This document shows positions 11,817 to 21,386 of a stretch of DNA of 64,000 bases, one piece after another. Each line of letters begins with the position of its first letter. Within the stretch, counting starts at the first letter, position 1. The stretch is from positions 132,183-196,182 of the forward strand of contig CAWBVW010000004.1 of NCBI GenBank assembly GCA_963792365.1. The letters are read 5' to 3'. Both the position numbers and the translations under genes were made by a program. The notes beneath the pieces are model-generated. The model saw only the letters and a list, made by a program, of their open reading frames with translations, made no database searches and was not told where the DNA came from. The DNA comes from an uncultured bacterium. GTDB lineage: Bacteria > Actinomycetota > Acidimicrobiia > Spongiisociales > ZC4RG35.

Positions 11817-12222
11817 ATGCGGGGCTCGCTCCTCTCAATCTCGATCGCCAGGGACTACGGCGCAGCAATGACACCGGTCGCCGAAGCTCGGCTGGTTGCC
11901 GGCCACGGCATCGAGGGCGACCGCTACCAGGGTTCCTCAGGCCGTTCACATGGCGTGCACCAGCGATGTCGGAACCGCCATCGAGTGCGGGCAGGCGATC
12001 GACCCCTTCGAGACGCGCCGCCACCCGGTGGTGTATGTGGAGGCGCTGCCGCGAGGTCGTCGAGGGCAAACACGACACGATCCGCGGAATCTCGTGAAGG
12101 CGCACTTCAGATCTTCCGAGCCGGTGGTACGAGGTGAGCAGTACGACTGCAGCATCAACTGGCGGTTCGAGGATTGGCCCGAGGACGAGAAGTTCCCCAA
12201 ACGTTTGAACAAGGGCAGTTGA
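11817..12222 (+). pseudogene. Degenerate MOSC-domain gene
   Basis: N-terminus MRGSLLSISIARDYGAAMTPVAEARLVAGHGIEGDRY fits MOSC proteins. A second frame continues with GQAIDPFETRRHPVV and NLVKAHFRSSEPVVRG, but the conserved RRN and PC motifs are lost. Confidence 0.55.
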
Positions 12223-12272
12223 AGGCCGTTTGCCGATCCGAGGTCCGAGGATCGGCAGCGTCGTGCGCTCAT

Positions 12273-12311
12273 CAAACGACAGAGGGGGTGCCGACCTGCG
12301 GCACCCCTCTG
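12273..12311 (-). terminator. Intrinsic terminator hairpin
   Basis: Minus strand CAGAGGGGTGCCG-CAGGT-CGGCACCCCCTCTG followed by TCGTTTG; lies downstream of the small peptide gene. Confidence 0.7.
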
Positions 12312-12401
12312 CCTGGTGAGCCCAGGGCGGAGGAGGGAGGAATGGGAGAGAACCGACACCCTGGTCTTTGTTTGTGGGCCCAGTGTCTCCCTTCCACCTC
12401 C
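12312..12401 (-). ncRNA. Candidate structured RNA element (SD copy plus anti-SD tract) in a 3' UTR
   Basis: GGAGGTGGAAGGGAGA (12401-12386) is complementary to TCTCCCATTCCTCCCTCC (~12349-12332). That tract is also enclosed by the stem CCAGGGTG/CGCCCTGG (12364-12357 / 12329-12322). Confidence 0.45.
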
Positions 12402-12439
12402 GTACCGCGTGAGCGCCGGCTGAGCGTTCGCTGTGAACA

Positions 12440-12619
12440 TCACGCATGCCGCGGTGCGGTGCGACGACGAACATCGCCCCGGCGCCAGGATGCAAGCGAG
12501 ATCCGAGGGATCCTGACGAGGCCGCTCCGACGACGCATCGGGCTGGTTCGGCGTGTGGCCTCACGGACACGATCGTTCATGCGAGCGGTCGCCAGGTACT
12601 GATCGGTGATTGGATGCAT
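12440..12619 (-). CDS. Small basic peptide, 59 aa, in an afsS-like position
   Basis: MHPITDQYLATARMNDRVREATRRTSPMRRRSGLVRIPRISLASWRRGDVRRRTAPRHA; RBS GAAGGGAG 7 nt upstream; repeat-containing promoter upstream and terminator downstream. Confidence 0.7.
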   Translation of the reverse strand: MHPITDQYLATARMNDRVREATRRTSPMRRRSGLVRIPRISLASWRRGDVRRRTAPRHA

Positions 12620-12681
12620 GACGGTCTCCCTTCGGATCGCCACCGGCATCTCCGGCGACAGGGACACCATCCGCCACACCG

Positions 12682-12721
12682 AACAAGAAACCGTCCAGAC
12701 CGCGTCAAGAACCTGTCAAAG
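12682..12721 (-). promoter_or_regulatory. Four heptamer direct repeats at 11-bp period (SARP/OmpR-type binding box)
   Basis: + strand AACAAGA (12682), GTCCAGA (12693), GTCAAGA (12704), GTCAAAG (12715). A putative -10 GATGGT lies ~10 nt further along the - strand. Confidence 0.7.
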
Positions 12722-12778
12722 ACCCGAACCCAGGGTTAAGGACCGCCATTTTGGCGGTCTACAGCCCAAAGAAGCTGG

Positions 12779-15700
12779 TCACGACCCCTCGTAGACCGAG
12801 CAATCTTCGGCAATATCGAATCGCTCGCATTCCTCGACGTTGAAGTCACGCTGCCGCCGCGAGCGGGCGAGCGCAGCCAGTTCCTCGGGGTCGAGCGGCA
12901 TTCTGCGGACCACGCCGCCTTCACCCGAGTAATAGAGATATCGGTCGTCAGCGGTGACCGCGGCCACTCCCAAGCCGTTGTAGCGAATCGGAAGCACGAA
13001 CCACTGCTCTCTCGTATCCAGATCCCAGACCCGCAGATTCTCCCCGCTGTGGACCGTGACTCCAAGGTCCTCGCCTGCTGTGGCGTATACCGTCGGCCCC
13101 CCCGCCACAACCGGATTGAAGAGCATCGCATCCTCCATGGATTCACCGTCGCGGACCCTCTGGACATCGATGAAGTAGCCGCCACCGTTCTGGCTGCCGA
13201 ACGCCAGGATCGCGCCGTCGAGGGAGAAGTTGGGAACGAATGGGTATTCGCTTGGGAAGACCATACGACCCAGTTCTCGCCCATCTGGCACCGACTCGAT
13301 CGTCATCCACTCGAGGTCTTGATTCACAGCAACCAATTGCTCGACTCCATCCCCTGCAGGAGAAAACGCTGCCGCAGCAACCCAATGGTCCCACGTCTTG
13401 ACCACATCCTTCGTCACGAGGTTGATCATGCGACCGCCGTCCGGGCATCCGGGGATGTCGCGGCTGGAGATGACGCTCCACTTGCCCTCAGGGTCGATGC
13501 CGGAGGGACGCTCACAATCGGACAGCTCGACGACAGCTTGGCCCGCCATCGTCTCGATGACGCCCGGCTCACCTGGGCCGCCGACGAGATCGCCATTGAG
13601 GGAGGCCTTGGGCGATGACCAGAACTCGATTGGATAGGAAGGGCCTTCTGCAAGGACTCCGCCAGAAGCCAAGTCGAAGAACCGCGGTGTGACGCCGGAA
13701 TCCCCGATCTCCATCACGAGCGCTGTACTTCCTGGCCCCAACAGCAGCTGATCGATGCCACCAGCGGTCGGGAGATTCCCGAGGGCCGGTGATCCGGTCC
13801 CGCTCAGATCCCAGATCAGGGTCTCCTCCGACTGCGCGAAAGACGGCGAGGCGTGAGCCGTCGGGCCAGAAGGCGACATCGAAGACACCACCGGAGTGAC
13901 CTGGAAGATTCACCAGCGAGCCGTCGGAGCCCACCACCGAGACGATGTCGTCATTTCCGTACATCGCCAACAACCGCCCGTCCGGAGAGAACCGCGACGG
14001 GTACCCGCCAGCATGATCGTATGAGACTGACGGTTCCGTTGCGCCGCGATCCCACACCTCCACTCGGTTTTCGGCCTGAACGGTGACGGCCACCCGCCCG
14101 GTAGCCACATCGACTACGAAGGCGGCGCTTGCCGCGATGCTCTCAGGTACGGGCATCTCGCTTGTGATGCGTCCGGTCGCCAAATCGACGTAGTCGAGCC
14201 TCGTCGACTGCCCGAGGTCGTACGCCAGCACGACTTCCCCCGCACGTGTGGAACCGGCCAGGATGGCGTCGTAGTCCGTCGCCGGTGCTCCGGAGCTCTC
14301 GAGATCCCACACGCTGACGCAATCTCCCGTAGGACCGCCCGGTCCCACAGCGAGTCCGTCAGCAAGCACGTGCCGACCGTCAGGAGCGATCTCCACGTAA
14401 AAGGAATCGCACCCACTGGCGAGAGACCGAACCGGCTGGAAAGTCGTGCCATCCAAGATCACGCCGGCGTCATCCGGAAGCTCGTCCTCCGGCGGCGCAA
14501 TGTCGAAGTAGACCACTGCGAACAGGTCGCCATCATCGCTGAAGTCCACGGCGCCGACCGGTCCACCTGCGTCCACCCTTTCGATCGGTTCGAGTCGGGT
14601 CGTGTCGTATACGACCAAGCTGCTCGGGTCATCAGTGGCAACGACTACAAGACGGGACCCGTCGGGGCTCAAGCCGCCCGCCATACCACCATCCTCCAGC
14701 CGCGCGACGAGCCTCGACCCCTGGGTCGTCAACTGAAGAGCCGCCATCACCTCGCCCGGCGTGCGCTCGTTGCCCAGCTGCTCCGACAGTCCAAACGCCT
14801 CCAATGCGAGATTGATGGCGAGATCCGAATCCTCATCGATCGCGACCTCTGCCTTTGTGGCCAAGTCCCGCATCCGCGCGGTGATCGACTCGCTCTTCGG
14901 CCGCCCCTCGCTGCGCCCACGCGAACGAGCCCAGTGCTACGGCCAGCGCCAGGGCACCAGACAGCGCCGTCACCACCCGGCGGCGAGTCCGACGCCGCCT
15001 TGCGATCGTGGCGTCCGTCGCACGTCGGCTCTCGAGGACGAATCGGGCTTGGTTGTCGTCGACAGCACCGGTTCGTGACCGCCATCCCTCGGCCTGTTCC
15101 AGTCGACCACCCGTCAACAGAAGGCCGGGGTCCTCTCCCGATGCGACCCAGTCCTCGGAGGCCATCTCGAGCCGACGCCGGGTCAGCAGATCGTCACGCA
15201 CCTCGTCGACCCACGCCCGGAGACGCTCCCAATGCTGGATCAGTGCCTCATGGGCGACTTCGACCGTTGGATCCCGGGTGGCGGCGTCGCGGTCGAACAC
15301 GAGCAGGCGGTGGCGACCGAAGGCGTCGAGCACGCGCTCGACGGATGCAGTCGGCGCTCCCATGCCCATCAGCTCTGACCTGCGAACGCGACGGCGGGTG
15401 TCCTCGGCCTGCTCCTCGACCGTGACGAGCCGCAGGAACACGTCCCGAGCCGTCGATTGGTCCTCGTCGGAAAGCCCGGCGTAGATGGCGTCGGCACGGC
15501 GGCCGATCGACCCCGACAGCCCGCCCGCCTCGCGGTACGACTCGAGGGTCAGACGATTCCCATCGCGCCGGTCGAACAGCTCCGTCAGCGCGTGCTGCAA
15601 CAAGGGAAGTCCCCCAGCCTCGCCGGCGGCATCGGCCACCAGCGCAGCAACCAGACCTTCCTCGATGACCACCCCCACCCCACCGACCGGCCCGACGATG

Positions 15701-18331
15701 ATCTCAGCCAGCTCGTCACGGCTCGGCGCCGCCACGGCCAGCACCGCAGACTCGACGAGTTCGCCGAACTCGGGGTGACGCAGCGGACGGTCGAAGAAGT
15801 CCGCTCGCAATGTGAGCACCAGCTTCACCCGGGAGGACTCGGATCGGGCCTCGGCGACCAGCGTGTCGAGGAATCGCCGTCGGGTCTCGTCGTCGGCGAC
15901 CTGAGTGAAGACCTCCTCGAACTGATCGACCACCAACAGCAGGTCCGAACCGTCGGGGAGCAGGCGATCCAGCGACGGCACTCAGGCTCTGCCGACCGGA
16001 CCGGACTGCCTCCACCTGCTCGGAGGGTGGTTCCGTCGCCACCCGAGCGAGCGCCCCCTCGAGCTGATCGAACGGTCGGGGACCGGGGATCATGTCCGTG
16101 ATGAGCAGGTCCTGCGCTACGGCTCGCAGACGCGGGATCAACCCGGCACGAACCACCGAGGACTTCCCGATCCCCGACGGTCCCACCAGAACGGTCAGCC
16201 GACGGCCCAGCACCGCAGTCGTGAGGTGATCGACCAGCCCGCCTCGACCGTAGAAGTCCCCCGCGTCGGCCTCCTGGAACGCCGACAGCCCCTTGTAGGG
16301 ATTCCGCACATCGCCCACGGGCGGACGAGGTGCGCCCAGCGCAGCACGGACGTCGTCGAGGAGCTCCTCCACCGTGTCGTGTCGCTGTGTCGGATCGTGC
16401 GCCGTGGCCCGTTCGATCACCGCCGCCAGCGCTCCGGACAGCTCGGGCGCCGGCCGATCGGCGGGGAACGGAACGCCGGAGACCAGTTCGGTCACCAGCA
16501 CCCCCAGCGAATAGATGTCCGAGCTCGGCGAAGGGTCACCGATGACGGCCTCGGGGGCCGTGTAGGCGTCGGCGGGGAACGACACCAAGCCGTGGAGCAT
16601 GCCGACGAGCCCGAGATCGGCGACATAGGGATTGCCGTCTCCGTCCAACAGGACCGACTCGGGACGCAAGCGACCGTGGAACATGTCGGCGCCGTGTCCG
16701 GCCCTTACGGCGCCAGCGACCCGGTCCACCAGATCGAGTATCTCGGTTCGATCGAACTGCCTTGCCTCCATCTCGTCTCGCAGCGTGGAGGCTTGGAGGA
16801 GCCGGTGGACCATGAACGCAGAACCCGGGTCCCGCCAGAAGTCGAGCAGCGGCACCAGGTGCGGGTGGGTGATGGCCGCGATCCGCTGCGCGCCGGCCTC
16901 GAATCGGCGAATGAACCGGGGATCGGACACCAGCTCGGAGCGGAACACCCGCACCACGACCTCGCGCCCGACGGTCGCCTGATACGCCCGATAGAGGGTC
17001 CCCGCGGGACCGTCACCGACGACGTCTCGAAGCTCGTAGCCAGGAACCAGGCCAGTTCGGCCGTCGGGCATGGGTGGAGGAAGACGGTCCGTCAGGAGAG
17101 GGGGATAGTCACGGGGTCGCCCGTCGTCGACGAGCTGGAAGATCTGGGCGGCACCATCGATGCCCCTCACTTCGTGCATCCCCAGGCTCCGCACCGTCCA
17201 ACCTGCCGCCGGGCCCGACGCCAAGGCGCCGTGCGTTTCGGCGGAGACAAGCACTTGGCCGGGATGGGCGACCGCCGCCAACCGCAGCGCCCTGCGGATC
17301 GGCGGGCCGGTCACACCATCATCCGCGACCTCGAGCTCCCCGTGGTCGACCGCTAGTCGCAGCCGCCCCCCGGCGAGCTCGGAGGCAGACCCCACCGCTT
17401 CGGCGACGTCGCGGAACGATCCGTACACGGTGACCCCGCGGATGCCGAGCACGTCCCCACCGTGGCGCGTGACCGCCTGAGCGAACAGCTCGTCACGGGC
17501 AACGAGTGCCGCATCGCGCTCTCGCTGCGACGTGAAACGAATGGTGTCATCGAGCTCCGCCGCGAGCACCGCCCGGCGTTCGATGGCCGCCTTGATCCGA
17601 ACGTCCAGCTTGGGATCCTGGCTCAGAATCGCCAGTTCCAGGTCCCTCAACTCGGGGGAAGGATCGATGCCCAGCTCCTCGGCAAGCATCGTTCTCGTGC
17701 GGCCAAACGCACGCAACGCTTCGCTCTGCCGGCCCGACCGATAGAGAGCCATCATGTGATGTGCCCTAAAGCTCTCCCGCAGTGGGTACTCGGCGGTGAG
17801 CGCCTCCAACTCGCCGACGAGGTCCCGGTGCAGACCGAGAGCGAGATCCGCCTCGACGCGTGCATCGATGGCTGCCAGCCGCATTTCGTCGAGCCGGGTC
17901 ATCTCAGCGGTGAGCAGCGCTCGAGCCTCGACGTCGACATAGGCATGACCCCGCCACAGCGCGAGCGCCTCGCGAAGCGCGGACGCCGCCCGGGCCGGAT
18001 CATCGGCGACCAGTGCAGAGCCGCGCCGGTACAGCTCCTCGAACTCCTTGGCGTCGATCCGGACAGCTGGATCGAGATGATATGAGTCGCCCACCCGCAC
18101 GATGGCGTCGCCCATCTCGCGGCGCAGATTGGAGACGTACGTCGAGATCGTGCGTCGCGCTCCCGGTGCCGGATCATCTCCATAGAGGCCCTCGATGAGC
18201 TGGTCGACGCTGACACCCCTTTCGCCACCGGCCGCCAGCAAGGCAAACACGGTGCGCTGCTTCAGCCCGCCTGGAGACAGCTCCATCCCCTCGCGGTGCA
18301 GAACCGTGGGACCCAGCACCCAGATCTCCAT
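12779..18331 (-). CDS. SARP-family wHTH-BTAD / degenerate class III cyclase-like / pseudokinase / nSTAND NTPase / TM / WD40-like regulator (~1,850 aa); three +1 frameshifts (~15972, ~14893, ~13840)
   Basis: Four consecutive ORF pieces join at the junctions. Motifs: MEIWVLGP, YVSNLRR, ALALWRG, PLRE..MMALYRSGRQSEAL (BTAD); NPYKGLSAFQE, GPSGIGKSS, VVDQFEE, LPLLQHAL, EVAHEAL (nSTAND); TM VVTALSGALALAVALGSFAW; SPDG and GHSGGVFDVAF (WD40). Confidence 0.85.
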
Positions 18332-18414
18332 GGCTGAACCATATGCGATGGTCTCGGCAGGTTGTCGGTCGATCGCCATGGACGGAATGTCTCACGGCGG
18401 CGTCAAACGAATGC

Positions 18415-18450
18415 AAAAAGAAGGGGCCGCCGTCCACGCGGAATCCCCTT
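18415..18450 (-). terminator. Intrinsic terminator after the hydrolase operon
   Basis: Minus strand AAGGGGATTCCGC-GTGGACG-GCGGCCCCTT followed by CTTTTT. Confidence 0.65.
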
Positions 18451-18492
18451 TGCTTTACCCTCGGCGAGGCAGTCCGCCGGTCGCGCGCTGAC

Positions 18493-19200
18493 TCAGGTGA
18501 GGGTTTGGCCCGGTTCTGCCGAGACGACCTCGAAGGCTCCGGACGATGCGTCTGCCATCTCTTCGGGGCGGCCGGTGAGGATCGGGAAGGTGCCGTAGTG
18601 GATCGGCACCACCGACTCCACACCGAGCATCTTGGCGGCCATGGCGCCCAACCCGGCACCCATCGTGTAGTGGCCGCCGATCGGGAGCAGCGCGATGTCG
18701 GGGCTGAAGATGTCCTTGATGAGCGACATGTCGCCGAAAACGGTGGTGTCACCTGCGTGATAGAGCGTCGGTCCGTCCGGGACGTCGAGGATCCAGCCGG
18801 CCGCCTCTCCCCCGGCCACCACACCCTGGTCGCCCGAGATGCCCGACGAGTGCACGGCATCGGTGAGGAACGCCCGGACGCCGCCCGGTCCTTCGACCAT
18901 GCCGCCCTTGTTCGAGCCGACCGTGGTCTCCACGCCCTGGGATTCCAGGTACAGCGCCACTTCGTGGATGGCGAACACCTGAGCTCCGGTCGCCTTGGCA
19001 ACAGCGACGGTGTTGCCCACGTGGTCGAAGTGGCCATGAGTGACGTAGATCGCATCGACGCGATCCTGGGAGTGCTCGGTTTCGGGACAGGCCGGGTTCC
19101 CCTCAAGCCACGGATCGATGAGAATGGTGGTGCCGTCGCCCAACCGGAGCCGGGTCGAGGCGTGCCCGAGCCAGGTGAGTTCGATTCCCTTGAGGTCCAT
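18493..19200 (-). CDS. Metal-dependent hydrolase, metallo-beta-lactamase fold (UPF0173-like)
   Basis: TWLGHAS, LIDPWL, THGHFDH, HSS, YHAGDT, PIHYGTF; start ATG 19200. Confidence 0.92.
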   Translation of the reverse strand: MDLKGIELTWLGHASTRLRLGDGTTILIDPWLEGNPACPETEHSQDRVDAIYVTHGHFDHVGNTVAVAKATGAQVFAIHEVALYLESQGVETTVGSNKGGMVEGPGGVRAFLTDAVHSSGISGDQGVVAGGEAAGWILDVPDGPTLYHAGDTTVFGDMSLIKDIFSPDIALLPIGGHYTMGAGLGAMAAKMLGVESVVPIHYGTFPILTGRPEEMADASSGAFEVVSAEPGQTLT

Positions 19201-19211
19201 GACGATCCTTC

Positions 19212-20258
19212 CTACTTGGCGGACTCGAGAAACTCGAAGAAGACCTGTGACCAGCGTTCGGCGGCGTCGATGAAGGGCCCGTGGCCCGACCCCTCGAACT
19301 TCTCGGCGCGGACCGTGCCCCCTTTCGTGGCATACCGCTCCAACACGTCGCCGATCTGTGTGACCATCAGCTGCGGTGGATAGACATCTGCCCCGGGCCA
19401 ACCCGGCACCATCTCGAGTTGACCGAGCGTCCCCATCTCCCACGGCGAACCGTCGGCGACCACGATGTCGGCGGTCCCATGCGTCCACAACACCGGGGGC
19501 TTGGGATCCAGGTCCACGATGGCCGACCACCCGCCGTACTTGCCCGACAGGGCGTTCAGGATCCCCGAGGTGCCGGGTGCCACCCCGGGCCAGTTCTCGG
19601 AGGGCTGCAGATCACCGGGGTACCCGCCGTCGCCGATCGTCGACAACAAAACCTCGTCCAACAGGATGTCCTCACGAGGTTCGGTGTGGTCGGTGGACCA
19701 GTACGAAGTCCGCAGCACATTGAGCGGAGAGGTCGGGTCCTCAGTCGACCTGTCGCCACGTGCCAACCGCTCCACGAAGTCGGGGCTGCCGGTTCCGCCG
19801 CCGGTGCCGGCCCAGTCGGGGAAACACGGTGTGCCGTCACGATGGCATCCGCCGTAGCCGTACGGAGATACCGGATCGATGAAGGTGAGGGATGCGACCG
19901 GGCGGTCCATTGCGTACATGGCGATGGCCGACCCTCCGGTCGACCACCCCGCCAGGTGCAGGGGCTGTGTGACACCGAGCGCTTCGATGACGGCATGGGC
20001 GTCGTCGGCCCAGTCACGGAGGCCCCGGGTGGCGTCGAGCGGCTTCGCCTCGGATCGTCCGAAACAGCGCATGTCAGGGGCGATGAATCGATACCCGTCG
20101 GGTGCCCGCGGCCACAGGTGCTCGTAGAACCGGCCCGTCGAGAGATTGCCGTGGATCATCAGCACAGGAATCCCGTCCTCGGGGCCGTACTGATACACGT
20201 GGGTCTTCAACCGGGAAGTCTCGATCGTCTCGGCGGTGACGCCATCCAACAGGTCCAT
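19212..20258 (-). CDS. Alpha/beta hydrolase
   Basis: IHGN, APDMRCFGRS, GWSTGG nucleophile elbow, SGHGPF; RBS GGAGGT before ATG 20258. Confidence 0.9.
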   Translation of the reverse strand: MDLLDGVTAETIETSRLKTHVYQYGPEDGIPVLMIHGNLSTGRFYEHLWPRAPDGYRFIAPDMRCFGRSEAKPLDATRGLRDWADDAHAVIEALGVTQPLHLAGWSTGGSAIAMYAMDRPVASLTFIDPVSPYGYGGCHRDGTPCFPDWAGTGGGTGSPDFVERLARGDRSTEDPTSPLNVLRTSYWSTDHTEPREDILLDEVLLSTIGDGGYPGDLQPSENWPGVAPGTSGILNALSGKYGGWSAIVDLDPKPPVLWTHGTADIVVADGSPWEMGTLGQLEMVPGWPGADVYPPQLMVTQIGDVLERYATKGGTVRAEKFEGSGHGPFIDAAERWSQVFFEFLESAK

Positions 20259-20314
20259 CGATACCTCCATCGCTTCGGTTTCCGACCCTACCGACCCGCC
20301 GGAAGCGGCGCCGC

Positions 20315-21274
20315 TCAGGCGAGCACCGAATTGACGAAGGCGTGCATGCGCTCCCGAGCGGCGAGCCCATAGTCGGAGTCGAAGTAGTCGAACGCGTGGA
20401 TGGCGCCGGGCCACACGTCGACCTCGGCCTTGCCCCCGGCCGCCTTCCACCGGGCCGCCATGAACAGCGAGTCGTCGAGCAACGGATCGGCGTCGCCCAC
20501 CACGAAGAGCGCCGGCGGCACCCCGTCGAGATCGGCGAACAGCGGAGACACATCTGGGTCGTCGAGGTCGACTCCGGCGAGGTACTGCGCACGGAACCAT
20601 TCGATGATCGGCGTGTTGATGATCACCGGCCGGTCGCCGAAGCTGCGAGCGCTCGGAGTCATCCGCTGGTCGTAGACCCCGTACGGGAGCACCGCCACCT
20701 GGAACGGTGTGAGACCGTGACGATCCCTGAGTCGCAGCATCGTCGTGACAGCCAGGTTGGCGCCCGCCGACTCGCCGCCGATGGCGATCACCTCGACGCC
20801 GAATCGGTCTGGTGCCTGTTCGACCAGCCAACGCGCACCCGCCTCCGCGTCGTCGGTCGCGGCCGGGTACGTGTGCTCGGGCGCCAGCCGATAGTTCACC
20901 GATGCCACCGTCAGACCGGTCGAGTCCGCCAGCCGGCACAGCATCGGATCGTGGTGGTGGTTGCCGCCCACCACGAACCCACCACCATGGATGTGCACGA
21001 ACATGCCGCGACTGTCACCCGCCGGAGGGATCACCCGTATGTCGATGGGTCCCCCATCCGTCTCGGCGACGAGATCCTCAGACCGTTCGGACCGTTCCAG
21101 CGGTCCGAAGATCGATCTGCCCTCTTCCCGCGCCTGGCGGGCGGCAGGAGCACCCACCTCCCACATCGGTGGCAGGCTCCCGAAGGCCTCCTCGATCTGC
21201 CGATTGAACTCGAGCACCTCGATGGGAGCGACTGCCGGGATCTCCGGAATACCGATTGCGAATTGTGACGACAT
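20315..21274 (-). CDS. Esterase/lipase, HSL family alpha/beta hydrolase
   Basis: HIHGGGF, NYRLAPEH, GESAG, DPLLDD, HAF. Confidence 0.92.
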   Translation of the reverse strand: MSSQFAIGIPEIPAVAPIEVLEFNRQIEEAFGSLPPMWEVGAPAARQAREEGRSIFGPLERSERSEDLVAETDGGPIDIRVIPPAGDSRGMFVHIHGGGFVVGGNHHHDPMLCRLADSTGLTVASVNYRLAPEHTYPAATDDAEAGARWLVEQAPDRFGVEVIAIGGESAGANLAVTTMLRLRDRHGLTPFQVAVLPYGVYDQRMTPSARSFGDRPVIINTPIIEWFRAQYLAGVDLDDPDVSPLFADLDGVPPALFVVGDADPLLDDSLFMAARWKAAGGKAEVDVWPGAIHAFDYFDSDYGLAARERMHAFVNSVLA

Positions 21275-21386
21275 CGCGTGCCCTCCGTCGGCGTCGGTCG
21301 AAAGGTAGTGACATCGTCGCTCCTCGCGCCACGATGTCTCGGTCGTCCGGCTCGTGATGAGTCGGCTGCCGACGCTCCCGGTCGTC

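Noticed and set aside
11946-12443. 165-aa ORF overlapping the peptide stop (ATGA)
   Set aside because: It runs through the terminator and antisense to the MOSC remnant, with no recognisable protein character.
12779-18331. Avs-type antiviral STAND defence system
   Set aside because: The N-terminal effector is a SARP DNA-binding/BTAD module, not a nuclease, TIR or SIR2 domain, and no defence-island context is present. A defence role is not excluded but is unsupported.
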